Shown here piece after piece: positions 31,749 to 48,714 of a DNA stretch of 64,000 nt. The position numbers and the translations under genes were made by a program. Origin of the DNA: the human T2T-CHM13v2.0 reference genome, Homo sapiens; assembly GCF_009914755.1 (NCBI RefSeq), contig NC_060935.1; one strand, given 5' to 3'. The notes under the pieces were generated by a model that was not told the origin of the DNA, ran no database searches, and was given only the letters and a program-made list of their open reading frames with translations. Position 1 is the stretch's first letter; the number at the start of each line of letters is the position of its first letter.

Positions 31749-32077
31749 TGCTATGGTTTTGATTGAGTGTTTGTTCCCTACAAAACTCTTGTTTAAATTT
31801 GGTTGCCATTGTAAACAGCATTGAGAGTTAGGACTTTTAAGAGGTATTTAGGTTCTCATCAAGGGAGTGGGTTCGCCCCCTTTTGTTCTCTCTCTGCCTT
31901 TCTGCCTGCCGTGTGATACCTTCCACCATACTATCATGCACCAAGAAGGCCCTTGCCAAATCCCAGTACGCTGATACTAGACTTTCCAGCCTCCACAACT
32001 GTAAGCCAATAATTTCTCTCTTTATAAACTACCCAGTCTATGGTATTCTGTTACATCAGCACAAACAGACTTAGACA
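31749..32077 (+). mobile_element. MST-type MaLR LTR
   Basis: tgctatggttt...agacttagaca; 'tttataaactacccagtc'. Confidence 0.7.
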
Positions 32078-32465
32078 ATGCTTCAAACATGTTTTCCTAA
32101 TACTGATGTGTAATCAAAACATTTAGAGACCATGGTGCTACTAAATAGGATTCCACAGAGACACTGAGTCACAGAACAGTTAGGCTGTTTTGGGGTAATG
32201 TTTAAAACATGACCAGGCCATTAGTGGTACGTTGAATCCAGTTGCTTAAGGATATAAATTATACAGTGCTGCATTTCATTTATTTATATTAAAGATAATG
32301 TGATTCCTCAGCTTCCCCTGTGAGATAGTGCTAAAAGACAGGATTTCTCTACTATATACATGTAGGGGTCTGTCCTTTGGGTTAAGTCTAGTGCCACAAA
32401 TAATTGCTTCTTGTGTTTATGCTCAACAAAACCCCACCTTGGGTTTCTGCCCATCAACAACATAA

Positions 32466-33075
<610 letters not shown>

Positions 33076-33311
33076 ATTCTCCTCTTAGAATTAGAGAATA
33101 AGGACAATTCAGGGAATAGGAACAATTTCCAAAAACAGGGCAACCTTTAAATATTTTCTTAGTCAGTTTCAAATATTTTCATTTGATCCTTACAGCAAAA
33201 TGATAAAGTACACAAAGTAATACCACAATTTTACAGGTAAGGAAACTAAGGCTCAAAGTTACATAGAGAATTTGCTCTCAACACATGGTTAGCTGAGGAG
33301 TCAAGTCAAGA

Positions 33312-33765
33312 CTGCTGAATTGTGACCCCCCAAAAGATGTGTTGAAGTCCTAACCCCTGGTGCCCATAAATTTGACCCTACTTGGAAACAGGGTCTTTGT
33401 AGATGTAATCAAGTTAAGATGAGGTCTTTGGAGTGACCCTAATTTGATGACCAGTGTCCTTATAAGGAGAGGCACGTGGAGGTAGAGACCCATAGAGAGA
33501 ATTCCATGTTGACAGGTAGAGACTAAATGGCTACAGATGCAAACTATGGAACGAATGGGGCTACCAAAAGCTGGAAAAGCCAAGGAAGGACCCTCCTCTA
33601 GAAAATTCAGAGGGAGCATGGCTCTGCCGATACCCTGATTTCTCCAGAAGTGATAGAAAACAAATTTCTGTTTTAATTTCTGTTTTTAAGAGCTTAAAAA
33701 CTTTTAACATGCTTAATCAAGTTTGTGGTACACTTTGTTACAGCAGTCCTAGGAAACTATAATAT
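33312..33765 (+). mobile_element. MLT1 (MaLR) LTR
   Basis: 'gttgaagtcctaacccc...ggaaacagggtctttgtagatgtaatcaagttaagatgagg'. Confidence 0.8.
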
Positions 33766-34634
33766 AAACTCTAATGCAGATCTGCTGGTTCCAAGGCTGG
33801 TGTTTTTTTCCTCTTCAAACTCTGCTATCCCAATTAATTTCAATTCAGCTAGAATTTACGGCTATATTGAATTTACAAGAAAAAGTTAAAGTTGGAGTAG
33901 AGAAATAATTTTTTAAAGGAACTTTTCTAGTAAATGTGAGACAATACATTCCCATTCTTTCTGTATACACAGTATTATACATGGTCACTGATGTTCGTCA
34001 TGAAGATTCTGCAGAACTTCACAGGCACCCCGGACTTTAAGAATACTTTCTGGTTTTATTTATTAAGACAAGAAATTAGATTTCCTTTTCGAGAATGTCC
34101 TCAGCAAAAACCTAGTAATAAGCAAGGTCTTATTCTATAAGTTGTCTTGTTAGCAATAGTGATCAGCAGATGAGACTTCTAACATTTCTATTTCGAATGA
34201 TTCAGGTGTGTGTACTAGGAGCTAGTTTTCACCTATGGTACTACATCCCAATCCCCAAGGAAACGTCCCTCATGGTATTCTGCAGTAGGCAAGGATGAAT
34301 GAGCACAACACATTGCTTACAAGGCAAAAAGCCTTCTTCACAGAAATCCAGCTGGAGAGATCGGCTGACAGAGGAGGTACTGCCAATACTCACAATTAAC
34401 ACACCAAGAGAATAAAACAACAACAACAAAACCAAAAAACAAAACCAAAACGAAACCTAAAAGCAGCCACTAGTTCTTAAATACAAGAAAGTACTTTAAA
34501 AGGCTTTTTCTAAGACTTAAATTATTCGAATATCTAAAGGCAACAGTGTTCCCATTTAGAAGGATAAAAAGCACTCACAACAAGCCATCATTTCCTTTCA
34601 GACACTTAACTGATGTCAGACTGATTTAAAATTA

Positions 34635-35045
<411 letters not shown>

Positions 35046-35663
35046 AACCAACAGTTAATTTTAAAATTAAATGCCCAAAGGTAATACTCTGTATTTTTCA
35101 TATTGCTTCTGGGAAAATAGGCAGATTGATATGTGATCAGTGGGAATTTTTCATATAAGGAAATAAGATGACAACAACAACCCTTGTCACCCCCAAAGAG
35201 CTTCAAAAATACCTAAACTGCCATATAAACATTCATTTAAAAAGTGTTATTTCATATCACAATGACTTTCAGAAGAAAATTGAAACTATAACTGTCTTCA
35301 TGCTTAATAACATAATAGCTGTATATTGCAACTAAAGAATTAGTTTATGAACTACTGGCTTAGCAATGGACATTTCAATTTATGTAAAGCACCAGTAAGA
35401 GAAAGCAGGAGTCCCCTTTCCAGACACACTAGCAATCTGTACCAAGTAACCAAATAGTAAGACTGTGAGGAAGCACAGAAGAGAAACAAAAGGAAAACCA
35501 CAAGGACCTAGAATTTATCATGAAGTTAAACATCTAGGAAGATGCACTAATGTAGAACAACATAATAAAGACAGCTACAATGTTAGGCATGAAACAGAAA
35601 AACAATAGTATCTGTTGTTAAACAATTCCATGAAAATATCTAAAAAATACAGAAAAATGACTC

Positions 35664-35664
<1 letters not shown>

Positions 35665-35708
<44 letters not shown>
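35665..35708. repeat. (CA)n microsatellite
   Basis: Perfect AC run of about 22 units. Confidence 0.95.
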
Positions 35709-35711
<3 letters not shown>

Positions 35712-36377
35712 GAAAAGGGTATGTGTATAGGAATTCATAAGTTCAAAGCTACAGCGCAGTCTACTGAATTAAAGCCATAATGACAATTTCCTGAAGAATT
35801 GAATCAAGTCTGAGCTAACAGCCATCTGGAAGGTGTTAGCTGCTTCCTCATAAACAAGCACTAATGCAGTGCTTAGAGTAACCTAGATAAAATGTAAGAC
35901 ACACAACACACTGGAATGTCTCACTAAATGGCAACAAGATAAAGGTATCTGAGAGGGCTAGAGCTCTCTCAAAAATGTTAACTTGATATAATAGTAATCA
36001 GGCAAGAGACCAAGAGCTACAAGTTATGCCTTAGGTAAGTAACAGCTCTCAAAACAAACACTTCAAAGAGCAAGGAAGAATTTTGGGAACAGCTGTAGAA
36101 ATTAGATTTGATTAAAAGATTCCATTTTGATGGAATTTCATTTTTCATTTAAACTACCATTTACTTTACCCCATACAAAGAGATGGATGATCTCTGCCCT
36201 TAATAATTTTTTAATCCAATTGAAAAAAAGGGAACAAAACAATGAAAGAACAATTAAAAGGTAATTCATTAAGAAAAATCTTTTGGTTTCGGCTAGCATT
36301 CTACGGACAAAATTAATCCAAGAGACTGGCTGAGAATCATTAAACATGCTTTAAAGCATGAGAAAAACCTTATCTAG

Positions 36378-36536
<159 letters not shown>

Positions 36537-37135
36537 TAATTTTTAATTATTAAAAATGTTCAATCATAAACATAAAATAAAGCTGTCTTCATTCCTCAGG
36601 TGAGCCGTCTAATGTTTTAGCTCACCATAACTATTAGCCAACAAATCAAACCAATTTTGAACACCACTGCAAGTTATTATAATGGTTACAAGTAAGTGAA
36701 ATGAGAGATTAAGGAGGGGCAGAGTAAGTTATATGATGAAAAAGGTAAGTTTACAAGGTGATTCATTTACTTAACAAATAATGTCCAAAAACTATTACAT
36801 GTCAGGCACTGTTCTAGGAACTAGGGACAGAGAAGTAAACATGCCAGAGAAGCTTGCCTTCATGAAGCTTATAATCTAGTAAAGAAAGCCCTTGCTAGAC
36901 TGGATGGATGCCAGGTAGTCACAAGGTCTGTAAGAAAAAATAATGCAGAATAAGGAAAAGAATTCCAGATCTCATAAGGATGTGAAAGGGACACCAGATG
37001 ACTGAAGACTGGACAAAGAATAAACCCACTTTATGGCAGGTGAAGGACTTATGGAAAAGACAAATAACAGCAGAACACTGGATACTTATTGAGAATTGTA
37101 AAAGCATGGAATCGAAGAACTTGAATATTCCGTTA

Positions 37136-37530
<395 letters not shown>

Positions 37531-38164
37531 TCACCTCCCTAAATGTTTGAGTATGGAGATGGGTATTACAAATACTGCCTACAAAAGATTGTTCCAATAT
37601 TTACAAAACGGATTAAATCGGGGAGGCAGAGAACATGAGTGACTATTGCAAAACAAGTGTGAATAAAGAGGTTCCAAGACTGGGTGAAAGCTGTAGAATG
37701 CAAGGAGAAGGGTGGGTCTAATTATAGCAGAGGAATAATTAGTGAGACTTTGTGATTAGATACATGCAGAACAAAGGAATTACAAAAGAATTAAAAGTAA
37801 CATTAACAAATTTAAGATTCTGACTTTCAAATGATTCAAATGACTATGTAGAGAGACCAAAGCTTCTTCAAGCCATTTCATTGCTGCCTGATTTTATTTT
37901 CCTAGTTATCAATTTGCTTCCTTCATTTGCTTTTTCAGTAATACTTAAGTACTCATTTCAAATTTTATCTTTCAACTAGAAACTTATTACCCTAATGTTC
38001 TCATTCACTTCTCTTCTGATATAAAGTAATTAAGAAAAGGTATTTCTGTCCCTGTTTTTTTTCATGCACAAGGAAATTCTGGCACTTTTCTGGTGTTTCT
38101 GTGAAACGGTTATGTGGGTTTTAGAAGGCAACAGGACGTAAAACCTGGGTTAAGAGCAGATGCT

Positions 38165-38830
<666 letters not shown>

Positions 38831-40037
38831 TAAAAAAAAATGTTTAGGTTTTTAAAAAGCAAAACTCATACACAATGTTTCAAGGTTGAAGGTTATTACC
38901 CAAAACTGTAGAGAATATTCTTTACAACTATAGTAGTTACATCCTGAATGTGTAAATGTGGTTTACAATTTAGCAGAAAAACCTAAGGAGTGTGCAGACT
39001 GTTCACTGCTGACGAAAGAAGATGGTGCTACCGTATTGGCCAGTAAGGGCTCAGTACCACTAGCAGAGAGACTGTGGTATAAATGAGCACTGGACTAGGA
39101 ATCAGACACACCTGGGGATAAGTTGATTTCACCATTTAATTAGTTGAAGAACCCTTCCAAGTCTGTCTTCTTTACCTATGAAATGTGACGGTGAGAGCAG
39201 ACCCATCTACCTTAAAGAATCGGCTAACACAATGTATGTGAAAGTAATTGGAAATTGTCTGGTAGTATCCAAGCTTAAGGTAGCAATATATTCTGACAAC
39301 AGCCTGCAAATCAAGATGCAGAGTGGGTGAAGGGTTTAACTACATATCAGGAAAAACACTTCTGTAGTCGAAGGTCCCTAATAAGTTTTTAGCATGGACT
39401 ATAGCTTTAAAAAAAATTACTTAAATACATTTAGGTTTCTATCACTTAGTCTCTTGTACCAAAATAATAATAATAATTTTTAAAGTAAATGATACATATC
39501 TGAAGTTAAATGTACAAATAACAAAATAAAAAACAAAAGGACATGAAAAAGACATTAACTGTGTATCAAGAAAACATCTACAACAGATAGGGAAATCATC
39601 CATATACTTCTTAAAAGATTATCAAGTTAAACCAGTAATGAGATTACTGCTGGTAAAAGTTCAATAACAATTACTATAAATACTGTAAACACTCATAGTC
39701 TATTTTATAAAAACAAATGCACAAAAAGTGACTGACTTATAAAAGTAATGACTGTGTCAATTACCCTCACTCCAAGTTATTTTCAATTTTCACTGTAAAT
39801 ACTTAACTGATTAAAGAACAAGGAGGAAGTCATTTTAACATGGACAAAGGGTGGGGTAAAAAAAGAGGCATGTTGGTAAATGTATTAATTGCAACCAACA
39901 TGAATTTTACCCCTTAATCAGAACTAAATTCACTACCCACTCTCAGCCAAACAGAGATATCAATTTATTAAGAGACGCATTATTCAAAACGGCTGAGAAA
40001 TGAAAGGATTGCCTAGGCTTCACTAGTCTATGAAATA

Positions 40038-40376
40038 CAGTCCACTATTTCACTTTCTGTGGTTTCAGTTACCCAAAGTGAACCGTGGTCTGAAAATAGG
40101 TAAGTAGAGGATATTAAGATAGTTCAAGAGAAAGACAGAGAGGGAGAGAGCAAGCATGTCCGTGAGCAAGAGCACACATTAACAAAACTTTTATTACAGT
40201 ACACTGTTACTGTTCTATTATTCATTATTATTAATCTCTTACTGTACTTAATTTATAAATTAACCTTTATCAGAGGTATGTATGTATAGCATATATATGG
40301 TTCAGTACTACCCCATTTTCAGGCATCCACTGTGGGTCTTGGAACATATCCCCCAAAGAGAAGAGGGGACTACCGT
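40038..40376. mobile_element. MER44-like TcMar-Tigger MITE
   Basis: ta-cagt start; 'ggtttcagttacc', 'caggcatccactgtgggtcttggaac'; ends ggggactaccg. Confidence 0.75.
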
Positions 40377-41417
40377 GCACAGAGACTAGATTCAAATTGG
40401 ATCAAATAAACTAATATTGGCAATGTAAGACTATATGCTTTGGCAAATGTAATATATATGCATTCAAGTGAAAGGGGAATAACAAGTCCACTAAGCAAAT
40501 GCTCATTCAAATGTTTTCAAGCATTAAACACATAACCAATCAGTTAGCATTAGCAACCATTTAAGAAAAGGAGGGGTGTTCTAACAATTGCATATAATTA
40601 ACCACTTCTAGATGTCAAACAGTACGAGCAGAGCCACAGACACAGAAGGATAAACCATCCTATCACTTCACAAGAGCCTCATCCCAGAGTATGCCACCAG
40701 AGAAGTGAATAACAAAGGAATTTCCTATATCTTCTAACCGTAACGGGTAAAACATTAAAAAAAAAAAATTCTTCTAATGCAACAATAATGGGACAAAAAA
40801 CAATGTATATTTATGGTGTATTTTCAGGAACTGGGAGAGAAAAGCCTTAGAAACACGTCAAGAGGAAAGTCTCTGGATTAAACCATCTAAGTTTAGCATG
40901 ACATTTCAAGCTTTTTGACTCCTTTTTTTGGTTTTTGAAAACAATCCTCAGTGGCAGAAAGTTATCTAACGAAAAAATAACATTCAAAACTTTTTGGAGA
41001 GTTGCCAAGAGTTTCACAAGCATCTCAAGGCCAACACGCCCTGCTGTAGCATCATTCTAGCCATTAGCCAAGGAACTAAAGCTCTGAGTTAATGGTTTTG
41101 AGGTTCACAAAGGATACTACACCAGAATCACGAAGAGCAAGTAGGCTCCTTAATCTCAGAAAAATCATCCTTTGGATCTACCAACTATAAGTTACCAAGA
41201 ATTTTCTGTCTTTAGTATTTGCTATCTACTTATCCTTTCCCTCCAAATAATCAATATTCCTAAAGCTCTTATATAAGAAAGATATGAAGCAAGCAATATC
41301 CATAATGAAGGTAGAAAGTGCTAGTAACTTGTTTCTCAAGTTGTACAAAAGGGTTTTATAGTATCATATTCCTTCCAAATCAAACACATTACCACAGTTA
41401 CATGTAGTGTGTAATAC

Positions 41418-41522
41418 CTGTGCTCCTGATACAGGGCCAAAGGGGTTTGGAGGTCTCATGACAGGCTGGCTGTATATTAAGGTTGGTTGCGTCATTACAG
41501 GAACACTTCCCATTTGTGGAGG
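41418..41522 (-). CDS. PICALM: PICALM exon, 105 nt (PPQMGSVPVMTQPTLIYSQPVMRPPNPFGPVSGAQ)
   Basis: tttttag| ... CAG|gtatta; phase 0-0. Confidence 0.97.
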
Positions 41523-42275
41523 CTAAAAAAGAGAAAAATATCAAAAGATACTGACTCCTATCTTCCTTATTGTGACTAAGTAAATAACAATGACAACAGG
41601 GATGACAGGTCCTAGTACCTTTGCTTGACTCAAAGGGTAACTTCCTCTGAATATAAGTAAGACTAACAGCTACAAACTTTCGAGAGTATTTTTTTTTCTT
41701 TTGGTAAGTAAAGTCTTTAACATGCTCATTTTTAAAATGTAGTAACAAAGCCTAACTTTTTCGATTCAATGAGTTGCAAAATGTAAACTTTATTGTATTA
41801 CAACAGATAAAATGATTTAGACTAAGAGTTTCCAAATTTATCAGGTTTAGACATCAAGAAAACTTAAGACTCTGTCTTCGCTGCTAAGATATTTCAAAGT
41901 AAATTTGTATAACAAATCAAGTACTTTTGCCATTATGCAAGTGATCACAAGTGAAGACAGTTGATTCTCTGAATAAGCCTGCTCTAGTTCTTCCATTTTA
42001 TTTCATATAAGAATCAAGAAAGAGCTTAAACTACAAACCAGAGGTTAACTCTTTCTTGAGTAACTGAAAATACAATCTCAACCAAATATGTTTCTTTAAA
42101 AATTACCACTACAGGGTATAAAATTAACCTAGTAAGTGACAATACCTAGTGTAAAAATAATGCACAAACAGAATACTGTTTTGGTTAAAATGCAATGCTC
42201 TAAAATCTTTCCTTTCAAGAAGTTCTATTTATTGTTTCAAGCAGACTACTATTTGCATTTAGAGCTTCATTTTAA

Positions 42276-42620
<345 letters not shown>

Positions 42621-43333
42621 TAATGCAATGACTATGAAAAAAAGCTGTGAAACTTCTCCACATGTATAAAAGGAGTTACTTCCATATCATATACATAAAG
42701 AAGTAACATAGCAGGCACAGTAGCAATACCAAGGGACACGGTACTGCCTTCTACCAGGAACAGTTCCTCAAATACATACCAGTGGGTTGAAGCTACTAGC
42801 ACCATTTCTTTTCTAATTGAGTCTCTATATACTGAGAGTTGGGAAACTAAGGGCAATCTAAAATGCACATTGTGGCATTTTGAAAGGTTAAAAGACTGTT
42901 TTTGTACTGTAATAATCATTGTCACAGGAAAATTTCTCTAGCCTTTATCAGACTAAATTTATCTCTATACAATTCAAGTGTTAATCCCTCCCATGCCCTA
43001 CAATATCAGGTTATAAGACCTCACTGGTATTTAATATATGGTCACAGCAACAAAGGCTTAGAATTAACATTAATGTTTGAAATATAAAAGGCCCAGCAAA
43101 GTTACGAGGAGAAAAATAAACCAAGTAATACTATGAACATTAATGCATAAGATCTCTTGTATAATGATTATTCTAGACATACTTATGAAACCAATGCTAT
43201 GGTTCTACTGCATTAGGCACTAGGGCTAGGAGTATGAGGAGCACTAAATTCTTTTTTAGGTTAAATTGTAATAAAAACATGTTATATATGAATCAATATT
43301 TTTTCCAAAAGCTGTACCTAGGAAAATACTTAC

Positions 43334-43393
43334 AATTCCATATCCTATCATGCCTGTTGGTGTAGTAGCAGGATAGGCCATTACAGGGGGTGC
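43334..43393 (-). CDS. PICALM: PICALM exon, 60 nt (APPVMAYPATTPTGMIGYGI)
   Basis: gttag| ... |gtaagt; phase 0-0. Confidence 0.96.
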
Positions 43394-44780
43394 CTAACAT
43401 AGTGAAAGGAAAAATGAACAAGAAAGTATAACTCATGTGTGTCAACTGAGTTCAAGGAATTAGTAGCTGTAGTTCCACTAAAAAGAATTGCTAAGACAGC
43501 TGTGAGTAAGTGACACTTGTGATCATTAAGAACTGTCGATTAATGGTCAGTGAAAAAAAGTGTTTTGAAATTAGCAGAAAAGCAGACTTATTAGAAGGAT
43601 AACTATACCACTTAAACTTAGATACAGCAGTGATCTAAGATTTCATCATGCTTTTTACAGCTTTAAAAATCTTTAGATTTAAAAAAGTATCTTAAATAGT
43701 TCTAAATAGTTCTAAAATTTAAAGCCTATCACTATCATTAAAAAATGTCTACCCAGAAAAAGTATTATTGAATGTTTTCTTACTTAGGTACCTGATTGCT
43801 TTAGCATTCAAAGAAAAAAATGTAAAGATCTCAAATCAATCAATAACCTGATCTTCCAAAAAGTTAGTTTCTAAGGATCTTACTCACTCTTTTCAAAAAA
43901 CTCCAAAGGTTTCAAACTACTATTGAGTATGACTATTTCTATGAGCCATAGTTCTTATATAGAGTATGTACGTTAGCTTTCTAATTTATTCCAAAAATTA
44001 TTTAAGAGGAACAATCAATTAGGTCAGTTTATGCTTTCATGTTTAAAAGAACCATCTATCACTATGATGTTTAAGTTCCCCTCTTCCTACTACTTTGATT
44101 ATCTGTAAACATACAATTTGAGAACAGAATCATTTTAGATATAGTTGCTGTCTTAACAACATTTCCTGTGTGTGTTTCTCATAATGAAAACTGAAATTGA
44201 ATAAAGGTGAAAGACCAATAACACTGCTAAAACATAAAATAACTGAAATTATATGGCAATTTGAACATATGCATGGAGAAATTAAATGAAATATAACTTT
44301 AAAAAAATAACACTAAAGTGAATAGTTATAAGTTTAGTATTCGGGTGAGCGTGTAGGACTTATTGGTCTCTCCCTACTTAAAACCAAGATCTGCAAGAGC
44401 AGTAGACAAACTGCCAAGAAGAGCAGAAGCCTGTAAGATTTCATGCAGTTGTTATTTTAAACATTACCACAATCAACATTTCCCTTCATTCAGAAGTCAT
44501 CAAGTGCATAGTGGCAGCACAGATACACACACAGACACCCAGCCATCTGGCAGCAAATGGCGGAATATTAAGCAAGAAAAAAAATCGGTATTTCCCATGC
44601 CACCATCAGAATCAATTCTGCAACACACCCATGAAATCAGTAGATGCTAGGAAGAATTTCTGGCACATTGAAAATCTGAATGTGAAAACAAGTAATAGCT
44701 GAAAGGTTATGAGATTCTGCTACAGCAGTGGTTAATAGCATGCCAATTTATTGCAAAAAGGCTCGTTTTTGGTCACTTAC

Positions 44781-44804
44781 GTATTGTGGAAAATGCATGC
44801 CATT
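44781..44804 (-). CDS. PICALM: PICALM alternative 24-nt microexon (NGMHFPQY)
   Basis: aaacag|AAT GGC ATG CAT TTT CCA CAA TAC|gtaagt; phase 0-0; matches the known 8-aa CALM insert. Confidence 0.9.
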
Positions 44805-45842
44805 CTGTTTTTCCCAGGGAGAACAATTACATAATGCAATAACACTGGATTAGAACAAGTACTTACACAACAGAAAATACACAGAGAGCATTTTAGTTCA
44901 CATGTACATTCACTAACTACCTAAAATCCCTTGTATTTCCAGTATCTAATGAAAGAACATCTATACTAAAACACTATCAAGGTTGACAAGGGAATTGTAG
45001 TCTTTGGCCTCATCTCTTTATATAAAAAATAGTTTATTGATTACAAGTACCATTAAAACATCAATTCTATCAACAGTGTCAACAGTGCAAAATTTTGGGC
45101 ATCGCATAAACAGGGTTGCATCAGATGTCTACCACAGAAAAAAAGCAAGCACTAATTAAAAGAATTTGTAGTATAATATATATTTTAATAAAATTCCAAT
45201 GAATTTGTGTTAAATTTAAAAAACACTGAAAAACCTTGACAGTGTTTAAGGATTAATAAAAAGGTTAGAAATGTAAAGAAATGTCAAAAGCAGCAGTTTA
45301 TCTTAAGTAGTGAATCACATTATCAGCCCCAAACATTAGCCATTAAAAAGAAAACTCCATAAAATACATATAAATATTTTAGCAAAATCCTTAGGAGATG
45401 ATACACATTACCATATATAACACAGCAAGATAAAGACTGTTACCTTATCAACCTAAATACAAATTCTACATGACTAAATACCTACTACATTTTAGTAGTC
45501 AGTCTTAAGTGCTATCTATGAACTCCTAATACTTCATATAGATTAATACTAACTTAATATAAGAAAATATTCATTATATTTTAATAGCAGCACTGGTATT
45601 TATATCATTCCTCATACATCATCAATGTCATAATTCACACGAGTCCATAAAATCCACTACTCTAAACTCCTACCATACCCTAGTCAGTGAGGTGTGTTAT
45701 AGTGGGAAAAAGACTGGATTCAGAGTCAAAGAGATGGATTTCAACTTAAATCTGCTTTTCAACTGCTTTGCACTTAGGGAAAAAAAAAATCTTTAGAAGT
45801 GGGGTGATACATGCTCCAATTCCCTCAAGACAGCAACATTTA

Positions 45843-46229
<387 letters not shown>

Positions 46230-46736
46230 TTAGTGATGGCAATGAACACTGTCTGAAAGAAAACAAAAACAACAACAAAAAAACACTGCCTTAAAAAGGT
46301 AGCTAAATCTCAATATTACTTTCCATTTATGAAGTCTTAAGCTATATAATAAAATGCACAAATTTTAACAAACATACTATTTTTAGCTCAGTCCTACTAA
46401 TTTTAACATATCATTAACCCACGGAAAACAGGGCAGTGCTCTGGAAGTGGCTATAAGGACAACCGCAGCCTCTAACAGTAACAGGACAGCTGTCAGTAAC
46501 GTGTAGCCCGTGTAATCAAAACACAGCTACTAGCCTACTGTCTGGAGAAAGAATGCTTCAAACTTTTCCACAAGGAGTTTTCTTTGACTGACGAAAATTT
46601 GTTGGTTGGTAAGATAGAAACTGGCCAAGGACAGGAGAATAGCCACAGAGCTATTCTGGGTCTACCATACCTTACAGTAATTAAAACATACTAAAACCTC
46701 TTCATTACTAGATGCTAATTATTTAATTAGAAAATA

Positions 46737-47261
46737 CAGTTAATCCTCATTATTCATGGATTCCATATTTGCAAATTCACCTACATGATAAACTTTGTGA
46801 CACCAAAAATCAACACTCCTGGTGCTTTCAAGGCCATTCATGCTCATTTGCAGAGGGGCAAAAATTTGACTCATCCAATACAGTTCACCTCCAGCTGAGA
46901 TGGAACAAAGGACACTCTGCCTTGGTTCAGCTCTCATACCAGACCAGAGGATAGAGAAGGAGGATGGGGAGTCCATCATACTGCAAGAAACTCTGACTCT
47001 GGGGCCAGCTGGACAGGGCTAAAATTCCAACTCTGGCACCAGTTAGTGCGACAGCCTTAAGCAAGTCACTTAACACTTCTGAACTTTATTTCCTCTTTCA
47101 TAAAATAAATAGAATATACTAGAATGAGGTTTTCTAAAAGGACCGTCTATGTGACATATACATATATGCATATATTTCCCCCAGCAAGGGTTCAGTGTTC
47201 ACTAATTCAGTGTTTGGGGTGACTTAAGTACTTAACTGCCACAAATAATGAGTATCAACTG
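46737..47261. mobile_element. MER82-like TcMar-Tigger DNA transposon
   Basis: Inverted termini cagttaatcctcattatt / aataatgagtatcaactg. Confidence 0.75.
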
Positions 47262-47839
47262 TGTAAGTTATATGACATATATATAATTGCCAAACACATT
47301 GTCATATATATAAATTATATGACAAAACCCAAGCAAGTATAGTTTCTTTACCAATAATGAAATCACAAGATTTTGTATTTTAGAAAAATAAATAAAAAAT
47401 TTGAGGTCAGTAATATAGAGTAGTGATTAAGGACATATGTTCTATAGTTAGGCTGCCTAGGTTATAAAAATTCAACTAATCATTTAAGATCTCTGTAATC
47501 CTGAGCACATTGCTTAATAACTCTGAGCCTCCACTTCCTCATCTGTAAAATAGGGATAATAATAGTGACTAACACATTAATAGGAGGATTATAAAAAATA
47601 AAACATTATTATTTACTGGAATATGTCTGGCACAAAGTAACCCTTAAATACTTGTTAGCCACTAAAATGTATCTGGTAAATATAGGCAACCAGCTTCCTT
47701 TGAAAGAAATACAATTACTTATACTTCTAAACTCAGTAACAATCCTTCTATTTATGTCTATCACTTTAAAAACATTTTCATGTTACATATTTAACTAAAT
47801 TATTCAACTGTTAGTCTATCAGGAGCTTTTTCAACTCAC

Positions 47840-47939
47840 CATTGTTGCCGCATTCCAAGCGGTTGTTGGTGCAACCTTTGGTTGCCAGTTAGATCCCCCA
47901 GTTAACTTCTTTTCACCTGGTTGACTCCAATTTACATCA
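47840..47939 (-). CDS. PICALM: PICALM exon, 100 nt (DVNWSQPGEKKLTGGSNWQPKVAPTTAWNAATM)
   Basis: ttaaag|T GAT ... ATG|gtgagt; phase 2-0. Confidence 0.97.
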
Positions 47940-48033
47940 CTTTAAATAAACATAAGTGAGAATATTAAATGTCTCTAATTATAAAGTTTCCTTAGCTATA
48001 TACTTATATCGAACAGAGTAAGATAGAGACTTG

Positions 48034-48333
48034 AGGCTGGGCGTGGTGGCTCATGCCTGTAATCCCAGCACTTTGGGAGGCCAAGGTGGACAAATCACTT
48101 GAGGTCAGGAGATTGAGACCAACCTGGCTAACACGGCGAAACCCCGTCTCTACTAAAAATACAAAAAAATTAGCCAGGCATGGTGGTGGGTGCCTGTAGT
48201 CCAGCTACTTGAGAGGCTGAGGCAGAAGAACGGCGTGAATCCGGGAGGCGGAGCTTGCAGTGGGCCGAGATTGCGCCACTGTACTCCAGCCTGAGCAACA
48301 GAGCGAGACTCCGTGTCAAAAAAAAAAAAAAAA
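48034..48333 (+). mobile_element. AluY-like
   Basis: 'ggcgtgaatccgggaggcggagcttgcagt' AluY diagnostics. Confidence 0.9.
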
Positions 48334-48455
48334 GATGCAGACTTGATATCTCTACACATATTTTTGAGAGGAAAGCCAAATCAACCCTCCAAATAACACA
48401 TGGAGAAAACACTAAATAACACACGGAGAAAACAATGTGTATATTAAACACTCAC

Positions 48456-48486
48456 TTCTTAGTGGTTCCATTTCCGATGCCAAGAT
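48456..48486 (-). CDS. PICALM: PICALM exon, 31 nt (N-LGIGNGTTK-N)
   Basis: ttcctag|AT CTT ... AAG AA|gtgagt; phase 1-2. Confidence 0.96.
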
Positions 48487-48582
48487 CTAGGAAAGGAGAA
48501 AAACAAAAAAGCATTTTATAACACGAGACGCAGTTTAATAAAACAACATAAAAGAAGATTAACGTATCCAAAGACTACTTAC

Positions 48583-48714
48583 TGCCCACAAGGTTGGCTA
48601 AAGATGAATCCAAGTCATCAGATACTAACTTGCTAGGTGGGAGTTTGGCAACAGGAAGGTTCTGGTTCTGAGAGGCCACTGTTGGTTTGAGAAGTCCACC
48701 TAGTTCATCAAAGC
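48583..48714 (-). CDS. PICALM: PICALM exon, 132 nt (GFDELGGLLKPTVASQ...DDLDSSLANLVG)
   Basis: ttaag| ... |gtaagt; phase 1-1. Confidence 0.97.
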
